DNA from: Paragordius varius
Taxonomy: Eukaryota; Animalia; Nematomorpha
NCBI GenBank assembly: GCA_964247055.1
Contig: OZ176050.1
Coordinates: 7,378,001 to 7,442,000 of the forward strand
Reading direction: 5' to 3'
Length of the DNA stretch: 64,000 nt
The notes under the pieces were generated by a model, which was given only the letters and a program-made list of their open reading frames with translations, searched no databases and was not told the DNA's origin. A program made the translations under genes and the position numbers. Below are positions 38,059 to 50,760 of this stretch, one piece after another; position 1 is the first letter of the stretch; each line of letters starts with the position of its first letter.

Positions 38059-39356
38059 ATGACTAAAATACTATGGATTGTTTTTGCTCTATTCTTACGC
38101 CTACAAAAAACCGATGCACAACGTAAGTTTAAGATTTAATTATATATAAAATGTAATTTCCCTTTAAAACTATCCATTCTTACAAATTCATTTTAGGTCC
38201 ATAAATAAAAATACATTAACATTTTGGGGTAGTTATACACATGAACCATATAACTTTTTAAAAATCTGTGTTAACAATATCCATATTACTAGTTGATTTT
38301 ACATTAATAAATATTAATACTAACATTTTGGTGTAGCACATGAATCAGATTAAATTTTTAAATACCTTAAGCCGTGGTTTTATTAAAAACATGCACTCTA
38401 TTTTCATTTACTCTAATAATATAGAATGTATCCTGTTTTATTATAATATATCTAGTGGGCGGTATATTGACACCAGTAGGCAACATATTGGGTGGAGTTA
38501 CGAATGCAGTAAATTCTCTTGTTACCAATGTGCCGATTGTGGATCCACTTGTGAGTGCAGTCGTAAATCCTGTGACTAACATTTTAGGGGGAGTCGTGGG
38601 AGGAGCAGTTTCAACCGTTTCAAGTGTTATAGGAGGGGCCGGCGGTTCTAACACTGTAGCCGGAGGGGTGACTCAAGGCCCTGCTAACACTGCAGCTACT
38701 GCTGGTAATTTTTGTTTTAGGATAAAAACAACTTATCAAAAATGTGAATGCGTTGTTGGTAATATACTGACTCGTATTAATATTTTCAGATTGGTTTTTT
38801 ATTATCTTCCTAAAATAGTTTATAAAAGAGGCGAAAACTAATGTATCATAAATATGTGATTAAGGTGCTGGGGCTGGGGGTGCAGGTGGAAACGTAGCTC
38901 TTCCTGTTTCAAGAAACGTCAGACCCTTCCCCCAAAATAATGCAAGACTTAGAAGTACAAGAATGGTTTCAACCCGAATGACAAACACTCCCAAAACGCG
39001 ATCCACTCGTAACTCAATATATTTTAAACATTTATTTGGCGGTGTTGCCATCTTTAGATAAAGGATTAGTTAAAAATAGGTAATACAGCTAAGTATCATA
39101 AAATATACGAATTTATTAGGCATCAATTTAGAAAATAATCAGACTTTTCAAAATTTGTACCATATTTCATTCCAGCCTTTCTTCATTAGAAAACAGTTTT
39201 TTTTTTCGAATACGGTTATAATTTATAATTATTATTTTAGAAATGATGAGGACACGTTCTAGCAGAATGGCTAAAAGAAGGACCTCGCGGGCTATGGCCG
39301 TTAGATCTAGACGAACTACTACTATGATGATGTGGGTTAATCATCGTCCAATATAA
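38059..39356 (+). CDS. Uncharacterised secreted Gly/Val-rich protein with Arg-rich tail, paralogue C (190 aa)
   Basis: join(38059-38122, 38456-38704, 38865-39008, 39241-39356) = 573 nt, all introns GT-AG and phase 1. MTKILWIVFALFLRLQKTDAQ|LGGILTPVGNILGGVTNAVNSL...GGAGGS...|GAGAGGAGGNVALPVSRNVRP...TRST|QMMRTRSSRMAKRRTSRAMAVRSRRTTTMMMWVNHRPI*. If the last intron is unspliced, the ORF stops at 39061. Confidence 0.8.
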
Positions 39357-41499
39357 AAATTCACTTGATATATTTTTGCTTTATACGAAATCAATAATTT
39401 TTACCATATCAATTAATGCACCTGTTATTTTATAACGTTTTCACTGTTAATCAATGCAATAAATCTATCATTCACCATATTATTATTTTCCATTAAAAAG
39501 AAATCCGCACAATACATTATCAATCCGTCATCCAACCATTATAATGATGAATTATATTTAAAATAATAATAATATAATAATTGGAACGTTAAATTTCGAT
39601 GAAATTTAGTAGTTTTGTCAAATTCACATTTTGTAGAGGGAATCAAAGAAATATACTTTTTTCAAATTTATAATTAGGACGGATTCCTGGTACAATATGA
39701 GTTTGCTAATAATCACTAAATATACCTAAAAATAGTGAGATGCAATTTATGTCGGATTGACCTGCTAAAATATATTAAAAAAATCTTCGGTCCCACTGTT
39801 TAATTTACCAGTTACTATTTCAACTGGCCAACAGAGCTTCGGTTCAGAGCGGATTTTTTCAACCAAAATGTAATTATTAACAACGTAACCACAGGTATAT
39901 CTTCTGCCCTCTCAACTTTTGTATTATACGCTACAATTTATTCGTTTATTTATAATAAGGAATAAATGGAATGTAGTCAGATTTTTAAGTTTTGTATGAA
40001 AGTAAATGAAATTTCATATAGATAACGCAATCGTTGAGTATTGGGAGAACAACCAGGCCGCAAAAAGTGCCTTTTTCACGGCTATCGCTTTTAAGGGCAA
40101 AAAAATATTTCATGTATTTATGTTGTTTTTATACAAACATTTTTTAAATTATACATTTACATAGAAGGATTATGCCATTCGTAAGTAATATTTTTTAAGC
40201 AAAATAAAATTTATATCACAGTGCACAACATTTGGCCTTATAAAGAATAGCCATATATATAATTTGTTAATATATCACTAGTCGACAAATTTGGACATTT
40301 TTAAGCACCACCACTCAAACTTTTTAAATTATGACTAATTTCAGTGTTTTAAAACCGAATTTGAAAAAATTTTGATCCCGCAAATCAGAATTTTGAAATA
40401 TTATAGGTTTTTCAATTTTTCAAAAACAAGAGAAAATCGAGAGAAAATTAAATATAATTTTATAATAAAATGTTATTATATTATAAACTTAATATCATTT
40501 AATAAAGCGTTTAAAACTCTATCTTTTGAATATAAATATGTCATTTAGATATCAGAGAGAAAAAAATAGTACGGACTTAAACGTCAAAATTTAGTCCTTT
40601 TCATTCAAGTGAATTTTTAATACGTATAAAAAATTTTTAAAAAAATACTAAAAAAGGGATTCTATGGTTTAATCCTTCGGCTTTTAGATAGGCTATATTT
40701 ATTTGTTAATTTTCGTTCTTTCGAGTACTTATTAGACTTTTTCTCTTGAGTTGGTTCTAATAAAAAATTCTTTATTTATACCTAGTCTTATACCTTATTT
40801 TTTTAAAATTATTGGTTGTTTTGTATTTTGAATTTCAAATGGATGTTGTTTAGCCACTTTTAGTAGAATTTACTGTTATGGGGTTGGACCATTTGTATTT
40901 ACCTAATTTATATTCAATTTAATTGTATTTATCTAACTTTATTCTGTAAATTGGTTAATTTGACATGTCAATTTGCCTGGATTTTGCTTGCAAGTCTCTC
41001 TTATCGGGCTTTACGATTACTTATTGTTATCTTTGCCATATCTGGCATAATTGGATCGCTTGGGGGATATGCAGAGCTTGTGCAGCCGCCCGGATCTATC
41101 ACACTATACATAAGCCCCTTTTAGATTTTTAAAACTTTGGCTCTTAGCTTGTTTAGTATCTTATTTAATGCCTAGAATTTTGTTATTCATGCATGGAATA
41201 TTACTTGTATCGACTTGTTCGTTTGAATATTTAAACATATGTACACGAGGAATGATTGTTATTTTTGAATTAAATACAAATTTAAAAATTAAATTTTGAA
41301 AAAATCCTATTGGTGGCCTCAATTTTCTTTTTTGTTTTAGCCTATCCATGCCATTAGGTATCAGAAAATGCAAAAATAATGGGGTGGTGCAAAACCTTGT
41401 TGATCAGTGATATGAATAATGGTTTTATATTTTGGTAATTTTAAAAAGTTTATCCAATTTTATCGTGATTTCATGTGAAAAATCGAATTACTAAAGCAC

Positions 41500-41544
<45 letters not shown>

Positions 41545-43645
41545 GAAAAATATATCAGATCGCCACAATTTGGGTTGAGTGGAATTTTATACTATCGCTA
41601 TGGGTAAATCTTTAAAATCACGCAAAGAATTTAATATATGCTATATTATGACAATAAAATAATTTATTTTTTAAAAACGCTTAATATGTGTAATTTCTTA
41701 ACAGCAAATTTTAGTAAATTAGTGATATTTAAAATCCACTGCTTGCTTTATATTGATTAAAGTTAAAAATTGTACTGAAAATCTAAAATATTTTTGGGCA
41801 ACACATAATTAGATTTCCTCCAAATTACTTTAAGGCATATTTATCACAAATTGAAACCTATAAGATTTGAAAAAAACGCATGTAATCTTTTATGCCTTTA
41901 TAATTTCTATTACTTCCGAGTATGAATAAACTCAATTTCGAATTTAAATCTAAATGTTGATCAAAATTGAATTATAACTATTTTAGCGGTGTTTTTGAAT
42001 GTAAATTTTCTGTTTCCAGTATGCTATGCCCTAAAATGTACTTTAACAAATCGATATTATATATGCAAAATTTCTTTATATATTAAACTTGGTCCGACCA
42101 ATGGCTTTTAATCAATATTTAACACAAAGTTTTTTAAACCCTAAAATCTTGTGGCAAAGTTTGAGATGTATTTTTTTATTTTGTTAACTTATGCATCTAA
42201 AAAACCATATGCATATTAAATTAGGATAAAATCCCGGATATGAGGAAATGGTTGACCCAACAAAAAAAGTCTTAAGGCAAAAATCGAAATATGTTTTAAT
42301 CGAAAAAATTTTTGTAAGTGGACAACCCTTCTTTACTAAATACTATATTTATACTATAAATATTTGAAAAAATCAAATATAATCTCAAGATGAGAACATT
42401 CATATTGTTAATATGTAATACAGCGACGTACCTGAGAGGATTTCCAAACTTATATTGAGTAGGTATATTTTAAAATTATTATATCTTATATTTTGTATTT
42501 TTATTACTTGGTGTTAATATTTGGCTATTATATAATCTTCACAAAAATTGTTTGATGGCGCCACCAAAACCTATTAGAAAACTAAATGGAAAAAATTATT
42601 GTCTCAGGTAAATATCATGACAGATTATTTTTTACATATAGCTAAAAAGATGACAGACACGTCATTCATTCTTTTAATACGGGAAAAAAATTTGTCACAT
42701 ATATTTACCCAATTATTTTTCGTTTAATATACACCTATAAAATAATTTTAAGCATAAGACCATTTCCAAACAAATTTATTTGGCGTCACCTAGTTGTTTG
42801 CATGTTAATTTACCCTGTAACTATTTTTTAAGGTATTTAAACAATATAATTCTCCAAAAAATTTACTGATAAAACAAATTATACCTCAGAGATTATAATT
42901 ATCATATTACCCAACAATGACAAAATATTCTGAATATAACTTCTCCAAAAAACCACTCGAAAGCTACAAATTAGCATATCTGTATACAATTTTCTCATCA
43001 TTTTATACGCATGAACGAACAACAAAATATAAATTTATTATACAAATAGAGGGCGACACAATTCTTTGAAGTTTAGACACACAAAAATACACCCTTTATG
43101 GCTAACAGATTAATTACATCCATAAATATTATAAATATTTTAATGCATTACACATTAAATTTAATAAGCTTTTTCCCACTTTCCTTCAAATTTTTATACA
43201 AGTTTATACTTTGTAAATTAAAGATAAATTAGAACTTTCTATTTCTGAAATTAAATTTATGTATGTGACACTGTAACAATTTTAACCTTACAAGCAGTAA
43301 AAAACGGATATTTTAGATGAAAGTATTTGGTAAACATTATCCCTGCCAAACAAAGAGCTATTTAGGGTTAGGACTTACTTTAATGAAATAAACAATGTTT
43401 CCAAGTTTCTTTCAACCATCAATGCAACATTATAAAGTAAGTATTGGTTTTGTAACTACAGAAAGGTAAACTTTAAAATATTTTAATTAATTTTAAATAA
43501 AATGAAAAACATTAGTTGTTAAAAGGCACATCGTTATGAAATCTCCCTCCTAAAACAAGTCACTAAATATAGCATTAGGCCAAATTTTATAATATATTAT
43601 TACACAATATGTTTAAATTATAATTGGATAAGCGAAAATTAATAA

Positions 43646-44760
43646 CACTAGACAACAATTTTTAACTGCCATTCTTGTAAATTTAAAATTTATTTCATTA
43701 AAGTACATAATTAGTATATCCGAAAAGAAAATTGGTCTTACATGGAAGAATTTTTTTATATTAGAGTTTATCGATAATATTTGGCCCCGATTTAACATTA
43801 AACTTGAAATTTCGAAAATTTAAAGTTTTAGATATGAAGCCATGTATTTTATATCATTCGAAAGAGCGCAAAAAACTGCATCTTTTAAATGGTAGTAAGC
43901 AATTTAAATCCATCGGATGTAAAAGTTATTTGGATTTAAATGGTCAAAATTTTCAATCATTAAATAAGTCAAGAATTTTTACAGACAAACTAATTTGAAA
44001 ATCATATAAATTATTTTAATTTAATTATTAGGGTTATATTAGTATTTAATTTAAAAAAAATGCTTGTAAAAGCTTTTGGTTTGCTTTTTTAATAAAAATT
44101 ATTATTATCCTAAATATTTTACCTAGTGGATACTAAAATGAATAGTTATAACTGTAAATTTACTACATAATGGCTATAAAAGATTAAAAATACATTAAAC
44201 TTTGTTTTTATCTTTAAATTTTCGAAATTATAAGCCTTGTAAAGAAAATAAATTAATATTGATGGGATGGTAATTTTTAAAAAACAAAAAACTTAAAAAT
44301 GGCTGTTTTGAGTGACATAAAAGCAATAAAAAATGTTTTGATCAAAAAAAACTTTCTTGTGTTATCTTTTTTGGACATTCATCTCCATTTAAACAAAGTT
44401 TGAGTTATTTTCATCCATTAGTTTTAAAAATATAATAATTAAAAAAAATGCTCTCGCTTCGAGCGTTTGTCGCTCTTTACGTCCAATATTAAATGTCGAT
44501 GTAATACATATTAGTATACATTTTATAGAGTTTTTAATACTCTTTCGAATGATATATTACAAATGGGCATTACTTGTATATTTTCAAAGAAAAACATTTT
44601 TTAGTAAAATTTTGATAAAGAGGGCGCATAATCAAAAAAATTAAATTATACAAAATTCTTCCAACGAGTTATAATTTTTATTTCAGATTTACTGTTAAAA
44701 TGATATTTAATATCAAAAAATGCAAAAAACTCGAATGGCAGAAAAATTTGTTGTCTAGTG
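43646..44760 (+). mobile_element. Complete 1115-bp MITE with CACTAG termini (CACTA/Chapaev-like, CMC group)
   Basis: The ~28-bp imperfect TIR CACTAGACAACAATTTTTAACTGCCATTC pairs with GAATGGCAGAAAAATTTGTTGTCTAGTG. A 3-bp TSD TAA is present on both sides (43643-43645, 44761-44763). No transposase ORF. Confidence 0.85.
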
Positions 44761-47700
44761 TAATGATCGTTGTTAACTAATTTGGCAACATGCATTAAAA
44801 TACAACTTAAAAATAATGGATATTAACAAGATATACTTATAAAGTATATTTGCACTTTAATTACTCAATCGTTGAATGTATGATTGCAATCATAAATTCT
44901 CAGGCCGATATTTTTTTGGTCAGTCATTATCTGAAATTACTTGGTGATAAAAATATTTTTAAATTCTGAAATAACCTGATTTTCTAGTTTTTATTAATAA
45001 ATGTTAAGTTATAGTCTGCTTATGTCGATATATTACTTTTGGGGTAGTTTATATCCCAAAGCGATTTAAATTTGAATATATTAAAAAGTATTTAAGGCAT
45101 TAAGCATTTAAAAATATGCTTTCTTAAGTCTTTATGGCGCATTATACAAATTTTTTTAAAAAAATGTAAAATTGTAAAAAATCATCATCTCAAACTGTTG
45201 CCATTTTCTATAATTTTTTAAATCAATGAAACATGCAATAAGTACATATTATGGTTAAAAATGTAAATATTTAACTAAGCTTTCAGGCTTCATTTTACCA
45301 TCTATAACTCGATAAATTTTGATTTTAATATCAGCTGTTCGCTTCAATCGTCTTTTAAAGCTGTCCCAAATGTAGACTCTGGAAGTTACAAAATAAGAAA
45401 TATAAACTTTTTTATCTAATACATGCGAACAATGTTTGATAATTAAATTTTAACTATAAAAACCTCCAAAACTGAGTTTGGAATATAAGACTACCCCAAA
45501 AGGTAAACTAGAAAAAGTAAAAAAGTATGATAACAAAAACAAATTTTTTAGAAAAGGAAGAGTGCAGTATTTATATAGCGGAATTTAAGGTATTAAGAAT
45601 TATCCGTAGCTTTGGAGTTTTTTATGATTAAATTTAATCGAATCCAATATGTAAAATGTACATTTTACACCACAAATTTACCCATGAACAATTCGAATTT
45701 AACCTCAATTTCATTATCTTTAAATATAAATTATCCATATATTTTTTGGACAAATCTAACTCTTTATATATAAATATTTCTTTGTGGCATAGTTTATCTT
45801 TTATTCTGTATTATGATAATATTAAACAAATTTCATTTTTTATTAATTATATAGGTAATTTTAAATTTCAAATACATTGGTTATTTTTAAAAGGAATTAG
45901 AAATGTTTAAGAAAATTGAAATGAAAGCTGAATTGTCATCAAGAGTAATAAGGTGTAACCTGTAAATGGTGTAAATAAGCTTGGATTTAGTAGACATTTT
46001 AGTATACACCAAAGAGTCAGAATATAATGCATAATTATTTATTTTTTAATGTCCTTTTACTTATATTTGCAAATAATTTACACGAATAAATAAAGAAATA
46101 TTAGGCATTTTAATATCGAATCCTAGAAATTTTAAACTCAACCCCGATGACTGCATCAAAAAGTAATTGTAAATTTGTTGTGAGTTTCCTAGGGATATAA
46201 CTGGGTGATATCCTCTCTTTTTTTAGTATTTTTTGCATGATTACCAATAATACTTATTAAGATTAAATAGTGGCAGTTATGATGTATTGTATGGGTACAT
46301 CTTTAAGAATATCTTTATTTATATATTATAGCACAATGCTTTAGATTCAACAAATTTTTTTAATCAAACACATGTAAAAACTCTCCTCTGAAGAGCTTTT
46401 GGATTTGGAAAATGCATATTATTGCAATTGGTTTGGAAAAGACAATAATGATTGGTAAAAGATCTTTTTATTTTTCGAAATCTATGATATTACCAATCAA
46501 TTGACATAATCTGAATGCATACTGTATAATTTTCATAAGTTTTAGTTTTGAAAATTTATGTTAAGAAAAAAAATTTGTAAAGGGAAAATGGAAATTCATT
46601 TCAGTAATTCATTTTTATGCAATTGCAAATTGTGTTACTTTTTACAAAATATCACGGACCGCGCAAAAATTTAAAAGCTGCATTTTGCACACCCGTGCAA
46701 TAGTGGTAAACAATGCTTTGTTACTTTACAAGATTTGTTGCGATCGTTGGAATTTGGATATTCCCTAAATTTAGTTAAAACAGGCAACTGATTCTGAATA
46801 TTAATAATTAGCAAAAATTTGCTATCAAAAGATAGTTTTAAATAAATTTTATACTTTGATTCTTTGTTATTATGTGCCAGTATTTTTACGGTAAAAATTG
46901 GAATTATACGGACTAAATATTAAAATATAGAGACAAATAATCTTTTTAAAGGATCATACTTTTTAAATCTTGATTTTTAATATAAATCATTGTTTTAAAT
47001 TGCAAAATACATAATAGAGATATGTATTGGTAACACAATTAATTATGTATTTACGATTGAAATTATATAATTTTTATAGGATAAATTGAGGTTTAAAAAG
47101 TATGGTTGTCTTTTGAAAAAAAATATTTCTTAATATTTTAACGTTTTGTCCGTATAATTTCAGTTTTTACTGTGAAGTTATCTTAAGGCAACAAGTGTAC
47201 ACTTGAAGATCGTTGATAAAAAATATTTAAGTCAAGTATTTTGCTTATGAATGTAACGTTTTTTTGCCAAACAATTTAAATATTACGGAAATTATTTTGA
47301 TCATTTTCAACCAAAATTTATGAAATAAGACACAAAAAGATAAACAATTAATACAATAGGCATTTATTGAAGTTTCTCAAAATCACTGGTACGTATATTT
47401 AATATTATAGATTTTTCTAAATATTAAGCCCGGTAATAATTTTTAAGTTGATTAAACCAATGACCTCAAATCACTCTCTATTATTTTACCACACTACTAA
47501 TTTTGTTAGGGGTTCATTTGCAAATATAATGGGAAGATGTTTATACAATATAACATATTATTATTATAGCAACATTACATTCGAAAAAAAATTTATGATG
47601 AAATAAATTCTTTACATTAAGTAACCTTTAGCGTTTATTAAACAAAGATTTGAAATTTTACAAGATTAATATTTAATTATTAATTTTATGTAATTTAAGA

Positions 47701-49199
47701 TAATCAAAATTTTTTGCGGGTTCACGGAATTGATATATTGAGCACATTTTTATATGCATTTTCTTAAATATTAACAAAGTTTTTCTAAAAATTTATCCTC
47801 TTTTGTATCCACCCAATTTGAATAGGTTAATTGGCCAAAATTTATCAGATAAAAAATTTATATCATTAACAAAGATTTAACTACATATAAAGCCTAAATT
47901 ACATCCATAAATAGTTTCTAAAATAATTTTATTTATATTTTAAAATATGTCAAGAGTGCCCTACACCACACTTGAAAAATCTATAAGTTTTACTTGATCA
48001 TATGATTTTTTATCACCTCCGAATCAAGTTTCTTGCTTGAATTAAGTCGTCTAATGTTAAATTTTTTTTATCACATGAAAGAAAGCCATGACTTAAACTT
48101 CCAAGTCTAGTCAAAAAAAATTTATCACCTCACCCTATATCTTAAACTTTGGAAGAAACTGCACGACAAATTCCAAAAAATATTTACTAAAAAATGGACC
48201 AAAAGGCCGTTGAATGCATAAATTTGGCCAATTATAGATTTAAATTCAAAATCGCTCTGGGATAGAAACCACCCCATAATACATCAATGTTAACAGCATT
48301 AAAATAAGTTATAATCTGTTTCAACTTTAGTAAAACAGTTTTCTTCAAAAAACATTTTTTAAATATAATTTGGAGGGAATTTACACAGTATCTACCCTAA
48401 TGAGGCATTGTGAAGAGTTTTTAATGATTTTAATATTATTCACTTTTTTCCAGAGAATATATATATGATCATACAAATTTAAAAAATATTTATTATTATC
48501 AGGGCGAAACGGAGTGTTTTTTAGAATAGCTATTAGGTAACAACGAGCCAAAAACTATAGCTTAAATAAATCAAAAACTTATATATATTAATACAATTTT
48601 AATGAGGACCATTTAAATATCATTTGTTTGCGGAGGCGTCATTGAGCGCTTTTTAAAATGGCATCCAGAGACGGCAAGGTGCAAAAGGATAAGGTTTGCA
48701 CATATATTAATCCCATCTTTTGAAATAACGTCGCCTAAATTTTAAAAGCTTGCAAGTTTAAACACACTTGGGCCATATGCGATAATAATATATAAAGGAT
48801 TTGCTGAAAAATAAATATTGGTCATTTGTATTTTAATATGGTTGAGTAGAACGGATCAGAATGTTTATTTTTGATTAGCTATTGGGTGGGCTCAGAGAAA
48901 TAGAGAAAATAATTACCCTAGAAACAATTATTTTGGGTGTAGAATCAAAAATATAGAATTTTTTGTTAGTAATATGTGTATCAATTAGGATTAATTTAAA
49001 TTAGTATTTGTGGCACGTCCTATCGCCATTTTGTAAATTGAATGCTTGGTTTATTTAGTAGCAAGTTTTAATCTATATATTTATAAAAATGAAAAATTCT
49101 GGCTTTGTGATCTGTTTCCGGAAAACCGGTAGACCCAGTCAAAATGTCGAATTAATGAATGTCCCGACAAAAACTTCACGCAGTTCGGGCCCTCGTGTA

Positions 49200-50760
49200 A
49201 AAAACGAGTTTTTTTAACGCAAGTTCACAAAAATCGTGTCTTTGAGACAATTTTTCGGAAAACTGTTGGACCATTCGATTTCAAATATGATTTTCTTTTA
49301 CTTTTTTTTGATTGCGCCGAACATAGTCGGCTAGCTTCTTAAATTTAGGCCCTATTTTTACCCCTTCCCCCGGTAAAATGCCATTTTTTTCAAAAAAACC
49401 AAGTCCACAAAAATAGTTTTTGAATCTATGTTTCGCCCAGGGTATGAGACCGTAAAAATTTAATGGGGATTCCAGATATTCCCTGTTAAAAGGCAAAAAT
49501 TTTAGTCGTGCGTTTTTTATATTGGCTGCTGGGTAAGGAGATATCCGGCTAAAACCGCCCCACCATATCGAAATTTTTATTGTTTAGTAATTTTCAGAAA
49601 ACTTATCGGGCCATATAAGTTTAATAAGGGCCTGAAAAAATACCCGTAAAAACGCAAAAATTTAAGTCGAGCGGTTTTTTTAGCAAGTAATTAGGCCCTT
49701 TACCCCCTAAAAATGCGCTATCATTGTGTGTTATTTAGTTTTGAAGCCATTCTTCCAAAAACTAAGAACATAAGGAATGAATGATGATTCCAGGTATTTC
49801 CCTATAAAGCAAAATTTTTTATCGAACGTCTTTTTATATTAGCCTCTGGATATGGGGCTACCCGCCAACAACTGCGCCACCATATCGATACAGCGTGACT
49901 TTGGAGGCAAATAAAAACTTATCAGGCCATATGAGTTCAATAAGGGCTTGAAATATTACTCTTAAAAAGGTAAAAAATTAAGTAGAGCAGTTTCATTAAA
50001 TAACCCTTAATTAGGCCCTTGCCCTGAAAAATGCGCCACAATAGAATAACTTTTTGGTTTTGAGACAATTTTTTGAAAATCCCTAGAGAGCATATGGAAT
50101 CAATCATGATTCCAGGTATTACCCGAATTAAGGCAAAAATTTTAATCCAGCGTTTTTTTGTTAAGCCCCTGGTTAGGGGGCTACCCGCGTAAAACTGCGT
50201 CACCATATCGATACAACATGCCTTTGGAGCCAAATTTTAGAAAACCTATGAGTCTAATAGGAATATATGGAATCCATGATAATTCCAGATATTCCCCCTA
50301 TAAAGGCAAAAAATTTGCCCAACGCTTTTTTTATACCTGCCCCTGGGTAAAGAGCTACCCGCCAAAAACTGCCCTACAATAAAGAAATTGCGTTGCTTTA
50401 GAGCTAATTTTCAGTAAATTTATGAAGCCATATGAGCTCATTAAAAGCTTGAAATATTACCCGTAACAGGGTAAAAATAAGGTCAGGCGTTTTTTTATTA
50501 GCCGTTAATTTGGGGTCTTTATGCCCTAAAAATACGCCATCCTCTAACGATTATTTAGTGTTGAGGTATTTTTTGAATAACCCATTAGACGATGGTATCA
50601 AAGATGATTCCAAATATTTGCCCTGCAAAGGCAAAGAATTTTACTCAGCGCTTTTTCCATATAGGTCTATGGGTAGGAGTCTATCAGTTTAAAACTGAGA
50701 CGCCATGGGGTGTTTTGGGGATACTTTTCAAAAAAACTTAAGAAACCATACGAGTTCAGT
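49200..50760 (+). repeat. Diverged tandem array of two alternating ~160-bp monomers
   Basis: The monomer-A anchor (G/A)ATTCCA(G/A)(A/G)TATT recurs at 49468, 49786, 50108, 50281 and 50606, giving spacings of 318, 322, 173 and 325. Confidence 0.7.

Noticed and set aside
38340-39051. ORFs 38340-38579, 38367-38654 and 38860-39051
   Set aside because: Shadows of paralogue C exons.
49281-50692. Four short ORFs in the tandem array, and ORFs at 21958-22324 and 43613-43998
   Set aside because: They fall within non-coding repeats or MITEs and have no protein-like features.
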